Source: Octopus bimaculoides
Lineage: Eukaryota
NCBI RefSeq assembly: GCF_001194135.2
Contig: NC_068995.1
Span: 54,070,846 to 54,134,845, forward strand
Length of the DNA: 64,000 nucleotides
Direction: 5' to 3'
Shown here: piece by piece, positions 39,066 through 53,645 of the stretch
Numbering within the stretch: position 1 is the stretch's first letter
How the letters are laid out: every line of letters begins with the position of its first letter
Notes under the pieces: model-generated
Seen by the model: only the letters and a program-made list of their open reading frames with translations
Database searches by the model: none
Told to the model about the DNA's origin: nothing
Translations under genes and position numbers: made by a program

Positions 39066-39200
39066 GCGAGTTCAGTTGCCACGAGTTCGACTTTATCTTT
39101 CATCCTTTCGGGGCCAACAAAATAAGTAGTACACAGATTCTAGGATTGATATAAACGACTTGATCTCTTCTATCAACATTCCTGGCCTTGTATTAAATTA
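39066..39200 (+). mobile_element. SINE family B, 3' half
   Basis: gagttcgactttatctttcatcctttcggggccaacaaaataagta...cctggccttgtatt. Confidence 0.75.
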
Positions 39201-40582
39201 GAACGAAATATTTTTTGTCTTCTTTGATGATGTTGATGATTCTAGTGTTGTCTTTGTTGTTATGATTATTAATTTTGTTTTTATGTTGTTATCATTGAGA
39301 AATGATTAGTTTATTCTCAAACGCAAGTTCTGTTATAAGTGGAATCTGAGAAGAGTTAAGACCGTTGCGTACAGACAAAACGAAATGACCGCAGGTAGTT
39401 TTAACTGCAGACTATTAAGATGAAATTATATAAAGACACGTACTTAATGAGTTTGTTTTATTTTTTTAATTTAGCAGAATTCATGAGTTTATGAGTTCGT
39501 ATGCCTTAGGGGAGATGAGAAATATATCATTACGATATTGACCCTTCATCTGCGAGAATAAATATTATTGCAAATGTTTGAAAAGTTCTTTTACTTCCTC
39601 AGAACGAATACATCAGTTTGCTCCACTACCTGCATACGATTATATCTGAGATGTCGAATTTCAACGTATACTTTTTGTCAATCCCGACTTCCATAATTCT
39701 CCTTGAATCTTAAAAGATACGTTTGATTTTTTTATATATGTTTTATACCAACAATAGATTTATCGAATACAAAGTGCAAAATATGATAAGTGATAACAGG
39801 TATGTATGTATTCATGTATGAATGTGTTTATGTCTCTATCTATCTCAGCATCTGTCTCAACAGCTACCTATGTTTCTATGTACCTATATTTCTATTAGCA
39901 ATTTATTCTGAAAAACATCATAAGTGTTCCATTTCTTCATTTTGAGCAATAAAGTAGACGAAGTAAGTGCTAAATTACCAAAAAAAAAACACAAAAAAAA
40001 CCGAAATGCTGTATCTGATAAATAATAATATTATGGTATGTATGTGTCTAGGTAGCCAGCTACCAAAATATCTACGTATGTATATTTCTATCTCTATTTT
40101 ACGATGCGGAAAAAAATAAGTGTTTCTTTTCTCCATTTCGTGAATTACAAAGACAAAAATAAGTGCTAAAATTATGAACTAAGAATTCTATTATCTCATG
40201 AATAATAGTATTATACTCTATACCTATGTATGTTGCTTGTAATATGTATATGTATCTACCTTTCCTTGCCTATTGTATCATACTAAATGAAGAAAGAGAT
40301 AAGAGTTTCGTTTGTTTATCTCGTACATTAAAGAAGTCAAAGGCAGTACAAACGTATTGCAAATCACGTGTAGGCAATTGTGTTTATAAATTTAGCTTAA
40401 AACTGAAGCGAAAGCCAACATCGGAATCTCTTACTAAGACAATCAATTAGATATTCAAAGATATGTAGTTTCATTACATATTGCGTGACCTCTAATTAAA
40501 GACAGGTGACTGGTGTTTCTGTATGTGTGTATGTGCATGCTTTGGATATTATCTTACATATATGCATACATCCATATATATA

Positions 40583-40663
<81 letters not shown>

Positions 40664-41713
40664 CTGTGTGTGTTGATATTTATACACAAACACACACACA
40701 CACATGACTATTGAATGCTGTTCAGGTTTCAAAAATAACAATGTAGCTTTTGATAAACTCACCAACATATTACAATGTAGATATTCCGTGCTTAAAACTC
40801 ACCTTGAAAATGTAATTGATTTGAACTATGTGTGAGAGTTTGAATTTTACATACTCAACCAGCAAGGACCTTGTGCAAGTCTCCACCCCATTTGCTACAA
40901 ATGATGAGCAAATCCTCTAAAAATTGCACACATCTATCAAACCAAGGGAACCTTTTATAAATAATGTTTTTGACTTTCGTATACTCTTTCTCAGAACGAA
41001 ACATGATGGTCACGGCTCGATTTTCTTTTCTCTTGGATTTGCCTGATTTTCACAGATTTGAACAAAAACAATCAGCAGCATATGAAGCAATTATAAAGGA
41101 AATATAACATGCTGTTATTTGAACTCACGAAATACTATAAAATAAATAGACCAAAATTATACTCTCTATATGTCTACAAAGATACGTACACTGTTATGAT
41201 TCAATGACATGAGACTAAATCTCACGAGAAATAATACTCTGCCATTACAGGGTGACGGTCAATTACAGAGCATATTTTCATCAGATGCCACTTCTATTTA
41301 ATAGCTACGAGGTAATGAAGCAAAAGAAATAGTAAGCATTACCTAGAAACACAATAAATCACTTGCAGTGGGTAATAATTATGAATGAAACTATCACCAT
41401 TCCCAAAATCTATTTATCTATCACTCATCTATATCTCTCTCTCTCTTCCCCACATATTCACACATATATGTATATATGTTACTTTAATATAATTATCAAA
41501 GAGAATATGAGAATAGATACAGAATATTTACTGACAGAGAAAGCTACACAATAATAAAACTAGACTCATTATTCTAAAATTCGCTTTGACTGTGGCTCTA
41601 AGTTTCGACTGACGCTAAATTTGTAATATCTGTCTATATGCATGTGTGTGTGCGTGTGCGTTTGCGTGAGTGCGTGTGTATACATATATGTAATTATGTA
41701 CGCCTGTGTGTGC

Positions 41714-41761
<48 letters not shown>

Positions 41762-41872
41762 NNNNNNNNNNNNNNNNNNNNNNNNNNNNNNNNNNNNNNN
41801 NNNNNNNNNNNNNNNNNNNNNNNNNNNNNNNNNNNNNNNNNNNNNNNNNNNNTATATATACAGAGAGAGGGC

Positions 41873-41875
<3 letters not shown>

Positions 41876-41914
<39 letters not shown>

Positions 41915-41915
41915 C

Positions 41916-41985
<70 letters not shown>
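41876..41985. repeat. (GA)n-(GATA)n compound microsatellite
   Basis: Read directly. Confidence 0.95.
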
Positions 41986-41986
<1 letters not shown>

Positions 41987-42741
41987 GAGAGAGATAGAGT
42001 GAGGGATAACTACATAAATAGATCGATCGATCGATGCCCAGTGTGAGTTTAGAAGTCATAGTTCGAATGATGACTAAATTCCTGTGGTGGAGGGAGAGGA
42101 TATGTTCCGTTGGATGGGTCCAAAGATATCCCTATAGCTATTACTGAATCCGTGAACCATAGGAGTTAACCAAAAGTTTTTCCACTTCTAAGATCTATAT
42201 CTATAGCTATATTAATATCTGTCTACATATCTATTACTTTCCTTCTTAATATTTCATGTATGTATGTCTGTATGTAAGTATGTATGTATGTACGTATGTA
42301 TGCATGTAGGTATGTATGTTTCTACCTGTGAGTGTTTAGGTGTGTGAGAGTGTGTGCTTTTCTATGGAAAACGATGAGTGAATATTAAATTTTATATTGC
42401 AATCCTACTAAGAAGCTGATACATTAGTGTCTATATTAATCATCAACTGAATTATGTTCCTGTATAAATAAATATTCTGTTTATAATTCGGTACAGGGCA
42501 TTTTAGTGGAGATTACTACATGCATGAAAATTGTTATATTAAAAATCAATAACTTGACTTGTCTGAGGATTCTTTTGCTATCATTTCTTTTAGAGCATAA
42601 CGGCGGATATATGTCTGACTTATTTTTCCTATCTATTAGAGTCATAATTTATATAGCTTTCTCTAACTCGATTTAAGAAACAAATGAAGTAACTACAAAA
42701 TCATGAACAACATATACTTTGTAAATCAACAATTCTTAACA

Positions 42742-42938
42742 TGCGAGATGGAAAAATTGTAAGCACGCCGGGCGAAATACTTCACAACATTTCGTCCGCC
42801 TTCACCATCTGGTCGATTTTGCTTTTCATCCTTCGGAGTCGATAAAATAAGTACTAGTTGAAAAATGGGGTCCATGTAATCGGCTCTCACCCACTTCCCT
42901 TGAAACTGCTAGCCTTGTGTCAAAATTTGAAACCAATA
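42742..42938 (+). mobile_element. SINE family B copy
   Basis: aagcacgccgggcgaaatac...gtcgattttgcttttcatccttcggagtcgataaaataagtactag...agccttgtgtcaaaatttgaaacc. Confidence 0.85.
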
Positions 42939-45224
42939 TTTCTGTACATGTGTTAGAAGGCCAAAACAATTGTAAGCGTCGACTTTAGCAAGTCACGTTC
43001 CAATTTTCTGTACTTTTCCTTAAAGCAATGTTTATTTTTTTTTTACTTTGCCTCTTGTTTTTCCCTATAATCCTTCACTTAATCGTTGTCATATTCCTCT
43101 AATACGTTTCATTTCATTCCGCCCTTCACTCTGTTTTCTGCAACAATTTCTATTTGCGTATAAATACAAAAAACAGCAGTTTATTGCTTAAATATACCTG
43201 ACATGCTATGAAAATAGCGGAGTATGTCTGCAATATGTGAGATACCGATCTTTATAGAACAGATATACCATACACTTCAAATATATGAAGGTCTTTCATG
43301 ATTTGATGCTAGCTGTATCTGTATATATACCGTTCACATATATAAATGTATACATCATAATAAAGGAAATTCATATAAAAAATACACAAATATATGAATC
43401 AATTTATAAAATAAAAAAGTAGAATTTTGGTAAACGTATAGCACTCTCTAGCCTCGTATTGTTTCATTGTTTTATGATGTGCCACCATTTATTTAAAACA
43501 GTTCACTTAACCATAATGATTGCTTTGTTTGTGTTAGCGATTCTACCATGTCAGTTTTAATGATGTTTTAAAGCTATCTCTGCATCATCAATAATGGTGG
43601 CTGGTATATTTGTATGTTGTTTGTTCATTTTTGTATTACGATTTTATAGTTTTCACACACACACACACACGCACACACACATACACGCACTCACACACGT
43701 ACATAGATATGCACAGATATAGAAGTATATGCATGTCGGTATAATCATCTATACAATCATATATGTATGCAGATATAAAAGTACACAAATATACCTAATA
43801 CGTATATATATATATATGTGTGTATATACATATATATATATACGCATACATACATAATTACATAGAGACAAAAATATATATATACATATACTCAAATGCA
43901 CATACACGCGTCTATATATACACACGCACATTCATAGATTTGTGTGTGCATGTGCGTGCGTGTGTGTGTGTATGTGTATGTGTGTGTGTGTATGTGTATG
44001 TGTGTGTGTTTGTGTGTGAATGTATGTGTGTGTGTGTACATACATGAACAATGCGTTTGCGATACGATGCAGATTTTCTGTGTAGTTCCCTCCTCTGAAA
44101 TAATTTTTTTATCTTCTATTTAATATGCTACAATTTATTTAAGACCGTTTGCATATTCAAGTTGATTATTTATGTTTACGATATTACCATGTCATTTTTA
44201 ATGAGATTTGAAACGTACATGACTGTATTAGGCAACCGAAAGCTCATATATATTTTATGTTCTGAACTATATTTATGACAGGGTTTTATATGTTCTTACC
44301 TATCACGACAGAAAGATATATACAGCGTGATCTTCAGGTTTTCCTATTATGTTTTGAGAAATGGGTGTAAGGATGAGGTCAGTATCTCAATTTTCTTTTT
44401 CTGCCTTTTTTGTTCCACTATTAATGTAATATCCAATGTAAGATAAAACGTTTCCTGGTGTTTTTATTGTAGGTATCATTGTAGGTATCAGAAAGTGTAC
44501 TCGTAGTTTCACCTTAAAATCATCAATCATATTCTCATTGTTCACCTCTGCAATTTTTATACTTCCATTATTGGTTGCTAGTAATCAGCGTTTGGATGTT
44601 TTGTTTTAAAAATGTTATTAGAAAGACATTATGGAGTATCTACCTGAGATTTGATATTTATGATTTTGTAGTTTATACTATAGCTATTTCTTATTCAAAT
44701 AGTGACAATATTAACATCTAGTAAATGTCTCATGACTTAGCATGCTTTTCTCTATTGGAAATTTAAGTATCTCTGTAGCAACAAATTTATTACTTTTAGT
44801 TTAAGCCAAATAAAGATTTATTGCTTCGTTTATTAAAAATATTATTATTCTAATATAATCTGAAGATTAGACTGGGTATTGCAGTCGCCTTGGAAACACA
44901 CACACACACACACACATACACATATATATCCATACACAGATGTGAAATATATTTATATATGCTCTCGCTCTGTCTCTGCATATATATCTTCAGAAACGTG
45001 ACGACTGAAAATTCTGGAAATATTATTGTAAGCTTTCTCACTATTGAAAATTGTCTGATATTAGGGCGCATAACCCTCTCACACCCAACTCTCAACACAG
45101 AGGAAAAGCAAATTGAAATTAGTATGTGTGCGACTCGAACCCACACCAGTTATTTTCACGATGAGGGTGCTGACCGATTAAAATATCATTATAAGCCTTC
45201 ACTGAGTATTGACGATAGAAAATA

Positions 45225-45298
45225 GGTGGATAAGTTGTAATCGGTCGGCACCCTTGACACGAATATGAGAGGCGTGGATTCGATCCCGACACGAGCTA
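45225..45298 (+). pseudogene. tRNA-like relic (tRNA pseudogene or solitary SINE head)
   Basis: A-box-like taagttgtaatcggt and B-box ggattcgatccc (45276-45287) at tRNA spacing, with a loop-like ttgacac. The acceptor stem does not pair. Confidence 0.4.
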
Positions 45299-46788
45299 AT
45301 GGCCATCATTTCCGTCGAAGGTTTATATGTCCTAATATTAAACAATAATCTAAGAAATCAGTTGGTAAATCACTCCACTGATACTTGAAGATTATCTTCT
45401 GTAAATTCTATGCATGATCAAAGAAACCATAGTGAAAGAAGCTGTCACTGCTTGATCGATTCACATTGATCAAAGCCTGCAAAGTATATATCGGTTTGAA
45501 CTGATATAGCGCAAGTGGTAAGATGTATATCATATACAAGCTTATGTGTATTATTTACAGGCATGTATGTATGCATGTTTGTATGCATATATATANNNNN
45601 NNNNNATGAAGAGAGAGAGAGAGAGAGATAAATAGTTAGATATTAATGTTGATATAGATATATCTATGTGTGTATATATGTGTGAGTGTGTATCTGTGCT
45701 TGCATGTTTCTGTGTGTCTGTACAATAGCTAATAAGCCAACAGTTTGTAGTATTTGAATTTTTTCCAGCAAATATATAACATGAAGTTATAAATTTCAGG
45801 TAGTCCATACGTTCTTGATCTGCATGTTATCTTCTGATAAATTCTATATTCAATCATTTAAAATATTTTCATAAACAGGAACTACTTTAAGAGAATATTG
45901 CGTATGATGTTCTGTATCTACATATTCCATTTTATATTGCACAATACGACAAAGTTTCAAGTTTTTATTTAGTATTCCTGTAGCCATGATGGCGATTTTA
46001 GACTTGATATTGTTAATATTATATTCATGTACTATTTTCCTTTCGTTTCAATACTTTTTAAAATTAATTCGTTTCTTTTACTTCATTCTGTCATTTATTC
46101 TAGTATCTCGTAATTCGGTCACACTAGAATTCTTTTCACACACTGTTTCAAAAGGCTGTTGAGCATTTTCATCTAATGGGAATCTAAATGTTTTTTAAGC
46201 TTTTGAAATGATTTCAGTTGCTCTCCATCAAATAGTTGCATGGATGTTCAGTTTTACCATTTACACAGACATAATTTTTTAACATTTCAGCTTTAAAAAT
46301 AGAAGTAACATCAACTTTTCATCTTATATGTAGTATAATTTCCTAGACTCTATAAACGCGCACGTTTACCTGATTCCAAGGGTTAACTCAATACAGGGGC
46401 AACAAAATTGTGACCTGGCACTTAGAAAGTAAGTCATTACATCTGGCTCAAGCACGAGTGGGACGGCAAGAATGGGCATTGAGGACGATACAAACATCTG
46501 GCTCAAAATTGCAGCATCTGAATCAACAAATCTAGTATTCTATTGAGTGCTTTGTCGTCTATACCGGTGGGGGATCGTGGGAAGCTGTGAATTGATGGCG
46601 GAAGCGATCGGAACACTTAAAAGTCACTTTCACCACCTGATGAGATATCAACTCCACTCCTGTATTAAGAGACAAAGTACAGCAGCAAACCCAGTACTAG
46701 ATTCTTCGGGAGAAAACAAGCAAATGTATGCGAAAACAAGGACGAAAAGAAGAAAACGGAGAAATGGCACACAATTACAAATTGAATG

Positions 46789-46930
<142 letters not shown>

Positions 46931-46959
46931 TACGTGTCTTTTGTGTGTGTTTTTGCCTG

Positions 46960-47163
46960 TGTTTTTCCCCTCTACACCGCTCGGCAACCGGTCTTGATTT
47001 GTTTACGTCTCCATCAACAAGCCTTGTACAAAAGAGACCAACAGATTAAGCACCAGACTTTAAAAGTGCTGGGCTCGATTCTTTCGACTAAAAACTTTTC
47101 AAGGCTTTGCCCCAGTATGGCCGCACTCAAATGACTACAACAATTAAAATTAAAAGATAAAAG
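46960..47163 (+). mobile_element. SINE family A 3' half
   Basis: gcaaccggtcttgatttgtttacgtc...caaaagagaccaacagattaagcaccag...tcgactaaaa...ccagtatggccgcactcaaatgactacaacaattaaaattaaaagataaaag. Confidence 0.8.
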
Positions 47164-48732
47164 CCTAATCCTCCAGCATACCGTTTTCTTTCTTTAGTGA
47201 TATTGGAATGTGAGTGGAATATACGGCTGCTATTTCTAACACCTCGTCTACCCTTCTAAAATCTACTTTATTGATTTGGTTCAGTAAAACTGATTAATTG
47301 TATATTATTTTTTGAAAACACTTGTATATATCTCCTACACATTATATTTCCCAGCAAAGTATAAAGATCACATATTGAGTTGTACGAAGGAGAAATTCGT
47401 AACGATTATGGCAGCCAATTATTTTGGACAATTCAAAGATTTTTTTTTTAAATTATGAACTAGAAAAAGTTATGAATTTTAATGAATCGTTGTTATCAAA
47501 AGAAGACGCCTGTTGTTTACTATGTGTTTCTTTTGTTGCTTGATGTTTGAGAAATTACATCTGCTGAATTCGTGTCTGGTATATATGGATATTTCCATAG
47601 TAATACTAACACATTAACGAAAGGTTTATCAGTTATATTTCACAATGCCATTTGCGACGATAATCAGGAACACCCTACTGGGCCTGTGTATGGTTAGACA
47701 AACACCAGAATCAATTACAACGTAACATTGCTTGAGAAAAAAACAACGTGACAGAGAGGTAAACTTCTCAGCATTTGACCACTAGACCCCTGTGACAACC
47801 AAGAAAAAAAAAACTAACTTAAATATTTGTTACTTTACATCTGTAGATTGTTTGTCTAAAGTTGTCGAATAATTTCGTGTTTATACTAATCTGTGTATTT
47901 TGTGTTAACAGAACAGTAGTTTATTATATGGCACCAAAGTTACAACTTTATAGAGATTATTTAGTGCTAGAGAGATATGGTCTGGCAACAATGAAAAACA
48001 ATATTAAAGAGAGGATGTGACTCCCGAGCATACAACTAGTTGTCTATTTGGAAAACAAGAACTGGATGCATTTAAATCTTCAGAATTCTTGTCTAAACTT
48101 TTGAAAAATTTCTCTTCATTTTGTTTATTAATTTATTTGCTTCTGTACCTATGATATAACTTCAAATAAGATTTGTGGCTGTAGAGATACTTTAGAGTAT
48201 GTTCATGCTTTCTATACGACAAAAAGTCGAACTGTCTTGTAAAGTGACGCAAATTTATGATCGACGTGACTAACTACATAAGATGAAAATCTACTAGCAG
48301 GATGTAGCCTGTCCTAATATCAAATTACCACTTTTAATTTACTTTCAATATATCACCACGGAAGACGTGCTTTCAATCTTCTATTGATGTCAGTTAATTA
48401 TCTCATTGCTGTAAGCAACCTGCTGAGAAAACTGCTTAAATAGGCGAGGTTTCTTCAGTTACTACTCGACAACACTAGATGCTCGTCAAGAAAACAATCA
48501 GTTTCTCGAATGTGTTTGTAGGAGTGTAGATAACGTTCTTAAATATTTGTTACATTTTCACGATCATATCTTCTGAGATCTTATTAGTGATTATTTCTTT
48601 CAGTTCTTCTCATCCTCCAACTACGTTGGTCACTTACATCCATAATTAAATCAGCTTTCGTTGCCAAACAGAAAAAGAGAGGTGTTTGTATATACGCAGG
48701 AAAGTGCAAATAATCGGACAATCCTATCGACT

Positions 48733-48791
<59 letters not shown>

Positions 48792-49678
48792 ATGCACACG
48801 TACGCACAAACCTATATGTATGTATGTAAACACACACATACATACACACAAACATATATACATGTGTGTGAGTATATATACACGGACAGGCAGACGCACA
48901 TAGACACATATATAATATATACGTGTGTGTGAGTTAGTATGTGTGTGAGATATGGTATGTGAACTATTGTACATGTGACGTTATAAAAGTTGAACGATAT
49001 CGTTATACATAAAGACATGCACAAAATCTTTCCCCCTCCCTCAACAAACACATACACACTCACACACAAGCCTACATATGAGTCTACGTGTGGCCATGTA
49101 TATATGCATGAATAGAAATCTGTTTACGTCTAAATATCTGCATTGCACCGGACTTTCGCATGCATGTTTCGGAAGTTGTTTGAATATGTATTTCGTATTT
49201 GTTTCGCTATTTAAATGTAAATGCCATATTTATCTTAACCATCCTTCCCTATTATATTATCTCTTCCTTCTCCGAATGTTCCTCTTGTCCAAATCCTGTT
49301 ATTTTCCTTCTTTTTTGCTCCCTTCTCTTTTCACCTATTTACTTGCACTTCAGTACGCAATTAATAGAGGACAACATAATAAATGTTCAAAGGCAACAGA
49401 CCAATATACATTTCGGAGCCTTCTGATGTTCTAAATTGTTTTCTTTCCTTTTTTTTCTCATGTTATCATTAGAAAATCTAATTGAGTCTCAGAAAACGCT
49501 ATTTGAACGTAGATTAGTCGAACATTATGATTCCATACGCTTCCGAAAGTTATCATCACGTTTTTTTTTTTAATAGAAAGTACATTGGACCTTGACTAAA
49601 CAATGTAACACTGAAAATCAATTGTTTAGAACGTAATTAATCAGGAATGTGGCATTCAGTTACAGTAAATGCATGCTG

Positions 49679-49794
<116 letters not shown>

Positions 49795-51153
49795 TGCGTG
49801 CGTATATATGTATATATATATGTATATATATATGTATATACATATATATGTGTGTATATATATATATACGCATATGTATATACATATATGCGTGTGTATG
49901 TAAGTGTGCGTGTGGTATATACAGGCATACAATATTTCTGATTAGGGCAATATTTTCTTCGATAATTAACCACCCTTGAATAAAAGAAACATAAATTAAT
50001 TTTGAACGATTTTTCATGAATAAAGGTTTGATTGTATTAGCCAAAAGTGTTGCCGCAAGGCAATGTTATTGGAACCTGCTGTGAGCATTTATATTTTTCA
50101 CTGTTTTTACTTTGTATAAAGCGTCTTGCCAATGTGTTTGAGTACCTTAATTTCCTATGACTTTGACTGTTTATGATTTGCTCGATATAGATTTTTAAAA
50201 ACACGAAACGTATGTGTGCGACAAAATTTTGGAAGGAATTCTTGAAACGGAGAACGTGAACAAGCAGTTTTATAAATCTCTTAAATCTTTAAATATTGTA
50301 AGTTAAAATCGCCTTTATCGACATGAATCTGATACTTTATCAAACATTGCATTGACGGAACAGTTTTTTGTCTTTTGAGAAAGACACAACGATATTTGGA
50401 GAATATTTCAAAACTACAGATAATTACAATGTCCACATGATAACGAATATATTACACTTTAATTTCGGATGATTTAAGGCTACTTAATTTTGAGGATGTG
50501 TGTTCTACATAACCTCAAATATAAAATTCGTGTAATCTCTTCACTATTAAACCTATACGGAGACCAAGAGCTATTAGCAATAACATATTGACCCTACATG
50601 TAAGACAATTTTGTAATCAGATATACAGTCAAAAAGGTGACCGAATTGCAATGTACTCCATTTAAGCTGTTTTCTCAATCTGCTTTGGCTTTTCAATTAA
50701 TCCATTCTATACCTCCGATTTACATGTCATTCCACCTTCGATCTCCCTACATATACGCTTTGCCATCTTTTAACCACCAATATTGAGTTTAACCATTTCT
50801 TCGCTCAAGCCGAGTAATGACTAACACTGATCCTTCAGATTCATTAATCTTCCTTCTTGAGCAGTTTTATCCTGTAGACAACTTTTTTTTTTTACTGTTA
50901 GGGAAGAATATGTACCATATCAATGTCACTGTTCTCTGAAATTCAACGAAGGTCGTAAGCAAAACAACTTCAAAACATCTAAGCATCTAAAACAAAAATT
51001 AAAAAAATATGATGGCATTAGTGCGTCACACAGTGATACCTGTTGCCGATCTCTGTGCTGTCAGCTCAAATCCTACCAATCGTATACTTCCTTTTAATTA
51101 TTTCAGAGTATCAACAACACATCAACTCAATGATGGCGAAACTCACTCTCTCT

Positions 51154-51209
51154 CCTTCTCCCTCTCCCCTTCTCCCTCTCCCCTTCTCCCTCTCCCCTTC
51201 TCCCTCTCT
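51154..51209. repeat. 14-bp tandem repeat (ccttctccctctcc)x4, polypyrimidine/polypurine
   Basis: Read directly. Confidence 0.9.
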
Positions 51210-51339
51210 ACCCCCTCTCTCTCTCTCGTCTCTCTCTCTCTCTTACATATCCCGAAAATCATATTGTGTGAATTATAGGAATGCTGAAAGTGTATTAATA
51301 TATCTCATTACGCAAATATCGCTTACAAATTTTCCCACA

Positions 51340-51470
51340 AAACCAGCAATTTCGAGGAAAGGGCTTAGTCGATTACATCGACTCCACTGCTCAACTGGTA
51401 TTTATTTTATCGACCACGAAAGAAAGAAAGGCATAGTTGACCTCAGCAGCATTTCGACTTAGAACGTACA
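51340..51470 (-). mobile_element. SINE family B fragment
   Basis: ccagcaatttcgagg...agtcgattacatcgactcc...caactggtatttattttatcgaccacgaaagaaagaaaggcatagttgacctc. Confidence 0.82.
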
Positions 51471-51483
51471 TTGAAGTATATTT

Positions 51484-51537
51484 TATTCAAAAGTGGATAC
51501 AACGAAGAAAATTCTTCGTTGTATCCACTTTTGAATA
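51484..51537. repeat. Perfect 26-bp-arm palindrome with a 2-nt spacer
   Basis: tattcaaaagtggatacaacgaagaa-aa-ttcttcgttgtatccacttttgaata. Confidence 0.95.
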
Positions 51538-53496
51538 GACTGGGCACTATGACCGAAGATCTACATATTCCACTATTCAAGGCTGAATTCTCACTTTGCT
51601 CCTTCTTTATGCGTTACAAAGTTTACAATAAACGGAGTCAACATTCTACAAAAGTAGTTGTGTGATCTTTGAGCTTTACAATATTATTCATCATCAAATT
51701 TTAAAAAGATTCTCTTCGAAAAAGCAATTGCCTCGTTGTTTGTAGAAGAACAAAAGCAACCGGTATCAATCGATGAAATAAACAGCATTAATTATTTGAT
51801 TAACCCATGATTTTCTTTTTATTGTTATGCATATTAGGTATAAATAAATATATAAATATTCACATTTCATCCCTNNNNNNNNNNNNNNNNNNNNNNNNNN
51901 NNNNNNNNNNNNNNNNNNNNNNNNNNNNNNNNNNNNNNNNNNNNNNNNNNNNNNNNNNNNNNNNNNNNNNNNNNNNNNNNNNNNACCACCACCACCACCA
52001 CCACCACCACCACCACAACTACCACTACTACTAGTATATGAGTACCCTTCCTATCGATAATTGTTAAAATAGAGAAATCTTAAAGATTTAAAAAGCAAAT
52101 ACCACAGTCGCACACACACTCAAACACACGCGCACACACATGCACACACAACACACACACACACACACATGTAAAAAAACAAACAGGAATGTTTTCTCAA
52201 CATTTATTCAAAATGGTTGAATTGCTAAACGCAAGAATTTTGTAAAATTATATAATTTAATACAAATATATCTCCATTTTTAGAAATATAATATTTTTAC
52301 TTGAATTATTTCTGTTCATGAATTGTAATGTATTCAGCAACGATGAATAAAATCGCAGTAATGTTAGACTAAAAATATAGTAGTCTGTTCCTTACGAACT
52401 ATACAAATATTTGTGAATATAGTTTCATTTTCACCTTTATAGGATATTCCCAGAAGAAAAGCGAAATCAATTGAAAAATAGATTAACAGGAAATACATTT
52501 ATATCTTTGTTTTCGTCTGAGATGTAGTTGGTTATACAATTACAATGAGACCACGTTGTCACGTGTGTTCACAAACACATTAGCTATCTCTTTCTGTTTC
52601 GCCTTTCACTTTCAATCTGTTTCTCAAGCTATCACTCGCACGCGCATACGCGACCAGTTCATCACCACTATACTCTCAAATACACATAAGCCAAAGCAAA
52701 TTTAAACTGATAACGCACACATACACATGCGTACACGTACCTCTATATGGTAATCACGCATACACACATTAATGTTTGTCTGTGTGTGTATACACTAGCA
52801 GCAATAATTGGCCGGATGTAACGTAAATACAGTCATACGAATTTAATATATTTTGGACAAATAACCTAAAAACGGTACTTACCATTTTTTGAGTTGGTCC
52901 TGAGATGCTGATTTTGTCATAACTGTTTTATCTCTGCAATTCTAAAGAAGGTTCAATTTAAGCTTCCTGAAGATGTACGAAATAAACATAACCAGAATTT
53001 AAAATATAATCTTAACATTACATTTTCTTGTTTTCTCCGAAATTAATTTGCTTCATCAAAATGTGCAAGTTTGCATCAACTGTTTTCCCCTGATTCGTCC
53101 TGACTATCGGATGTTGACTTACACCGCTAATCACAATGCACTTCTAATTATTTCTTCATTGTAACTTTCAATTCCATCGTGGGCCAATTCCTTCGACTAA
53201 ATCAGCTTCCCATTGTCATGCAGGCTTTACGAATAGCCCATTCTGATCTCTTGAACACCGCTCGGCAACTACAGCTATTCGCTTTCCACATGTCCGTCTT
53301 TGTGGAACTTCTGCTTTCGGTACTACGCTTTCACGCCGTTCAATCCGATCCGTTCTTCCATTACCTCATCTAGAAAATTACTCTAAATGTTTTTTTCTTT
53401 CTAGAAGCAAACCTCTAAAAACGTCTCAATAAACTCACTGGGGACAGCAACAACAACAACAATAGCCACCACCACTACAATGAAAACAACAGTAAT

Positions 53497-53645
53497 GGTT
53501 TCAAATTTTGGCACAAGGCCAGCTATTTCGCGGGAAGAAGTAAGTCGATTACGTGAAGCACGGTACACAACTGGTACTTATTTTATCCACCCCGAAAGAA
53601 TAAAGACATAGCTGACCTCGGCGGAATTTGAACGCAGAGCATGAA
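53497..53645 (-). mobile_element. SINE family B copy
   Basis: ggtttcaaattttggcacaaggccagc...aactggtacttattttatccaccccgaaag...gacctcggcggaatttgaac. Confidence 0.85.

Noticed and set aside
53100-53395. Minus-strand segment bounded by ttttctag| and |gtaagt
   Set aside because: All three frames contain multiple stops; it may be a decayed TE coding relic, but I could not assign a family.
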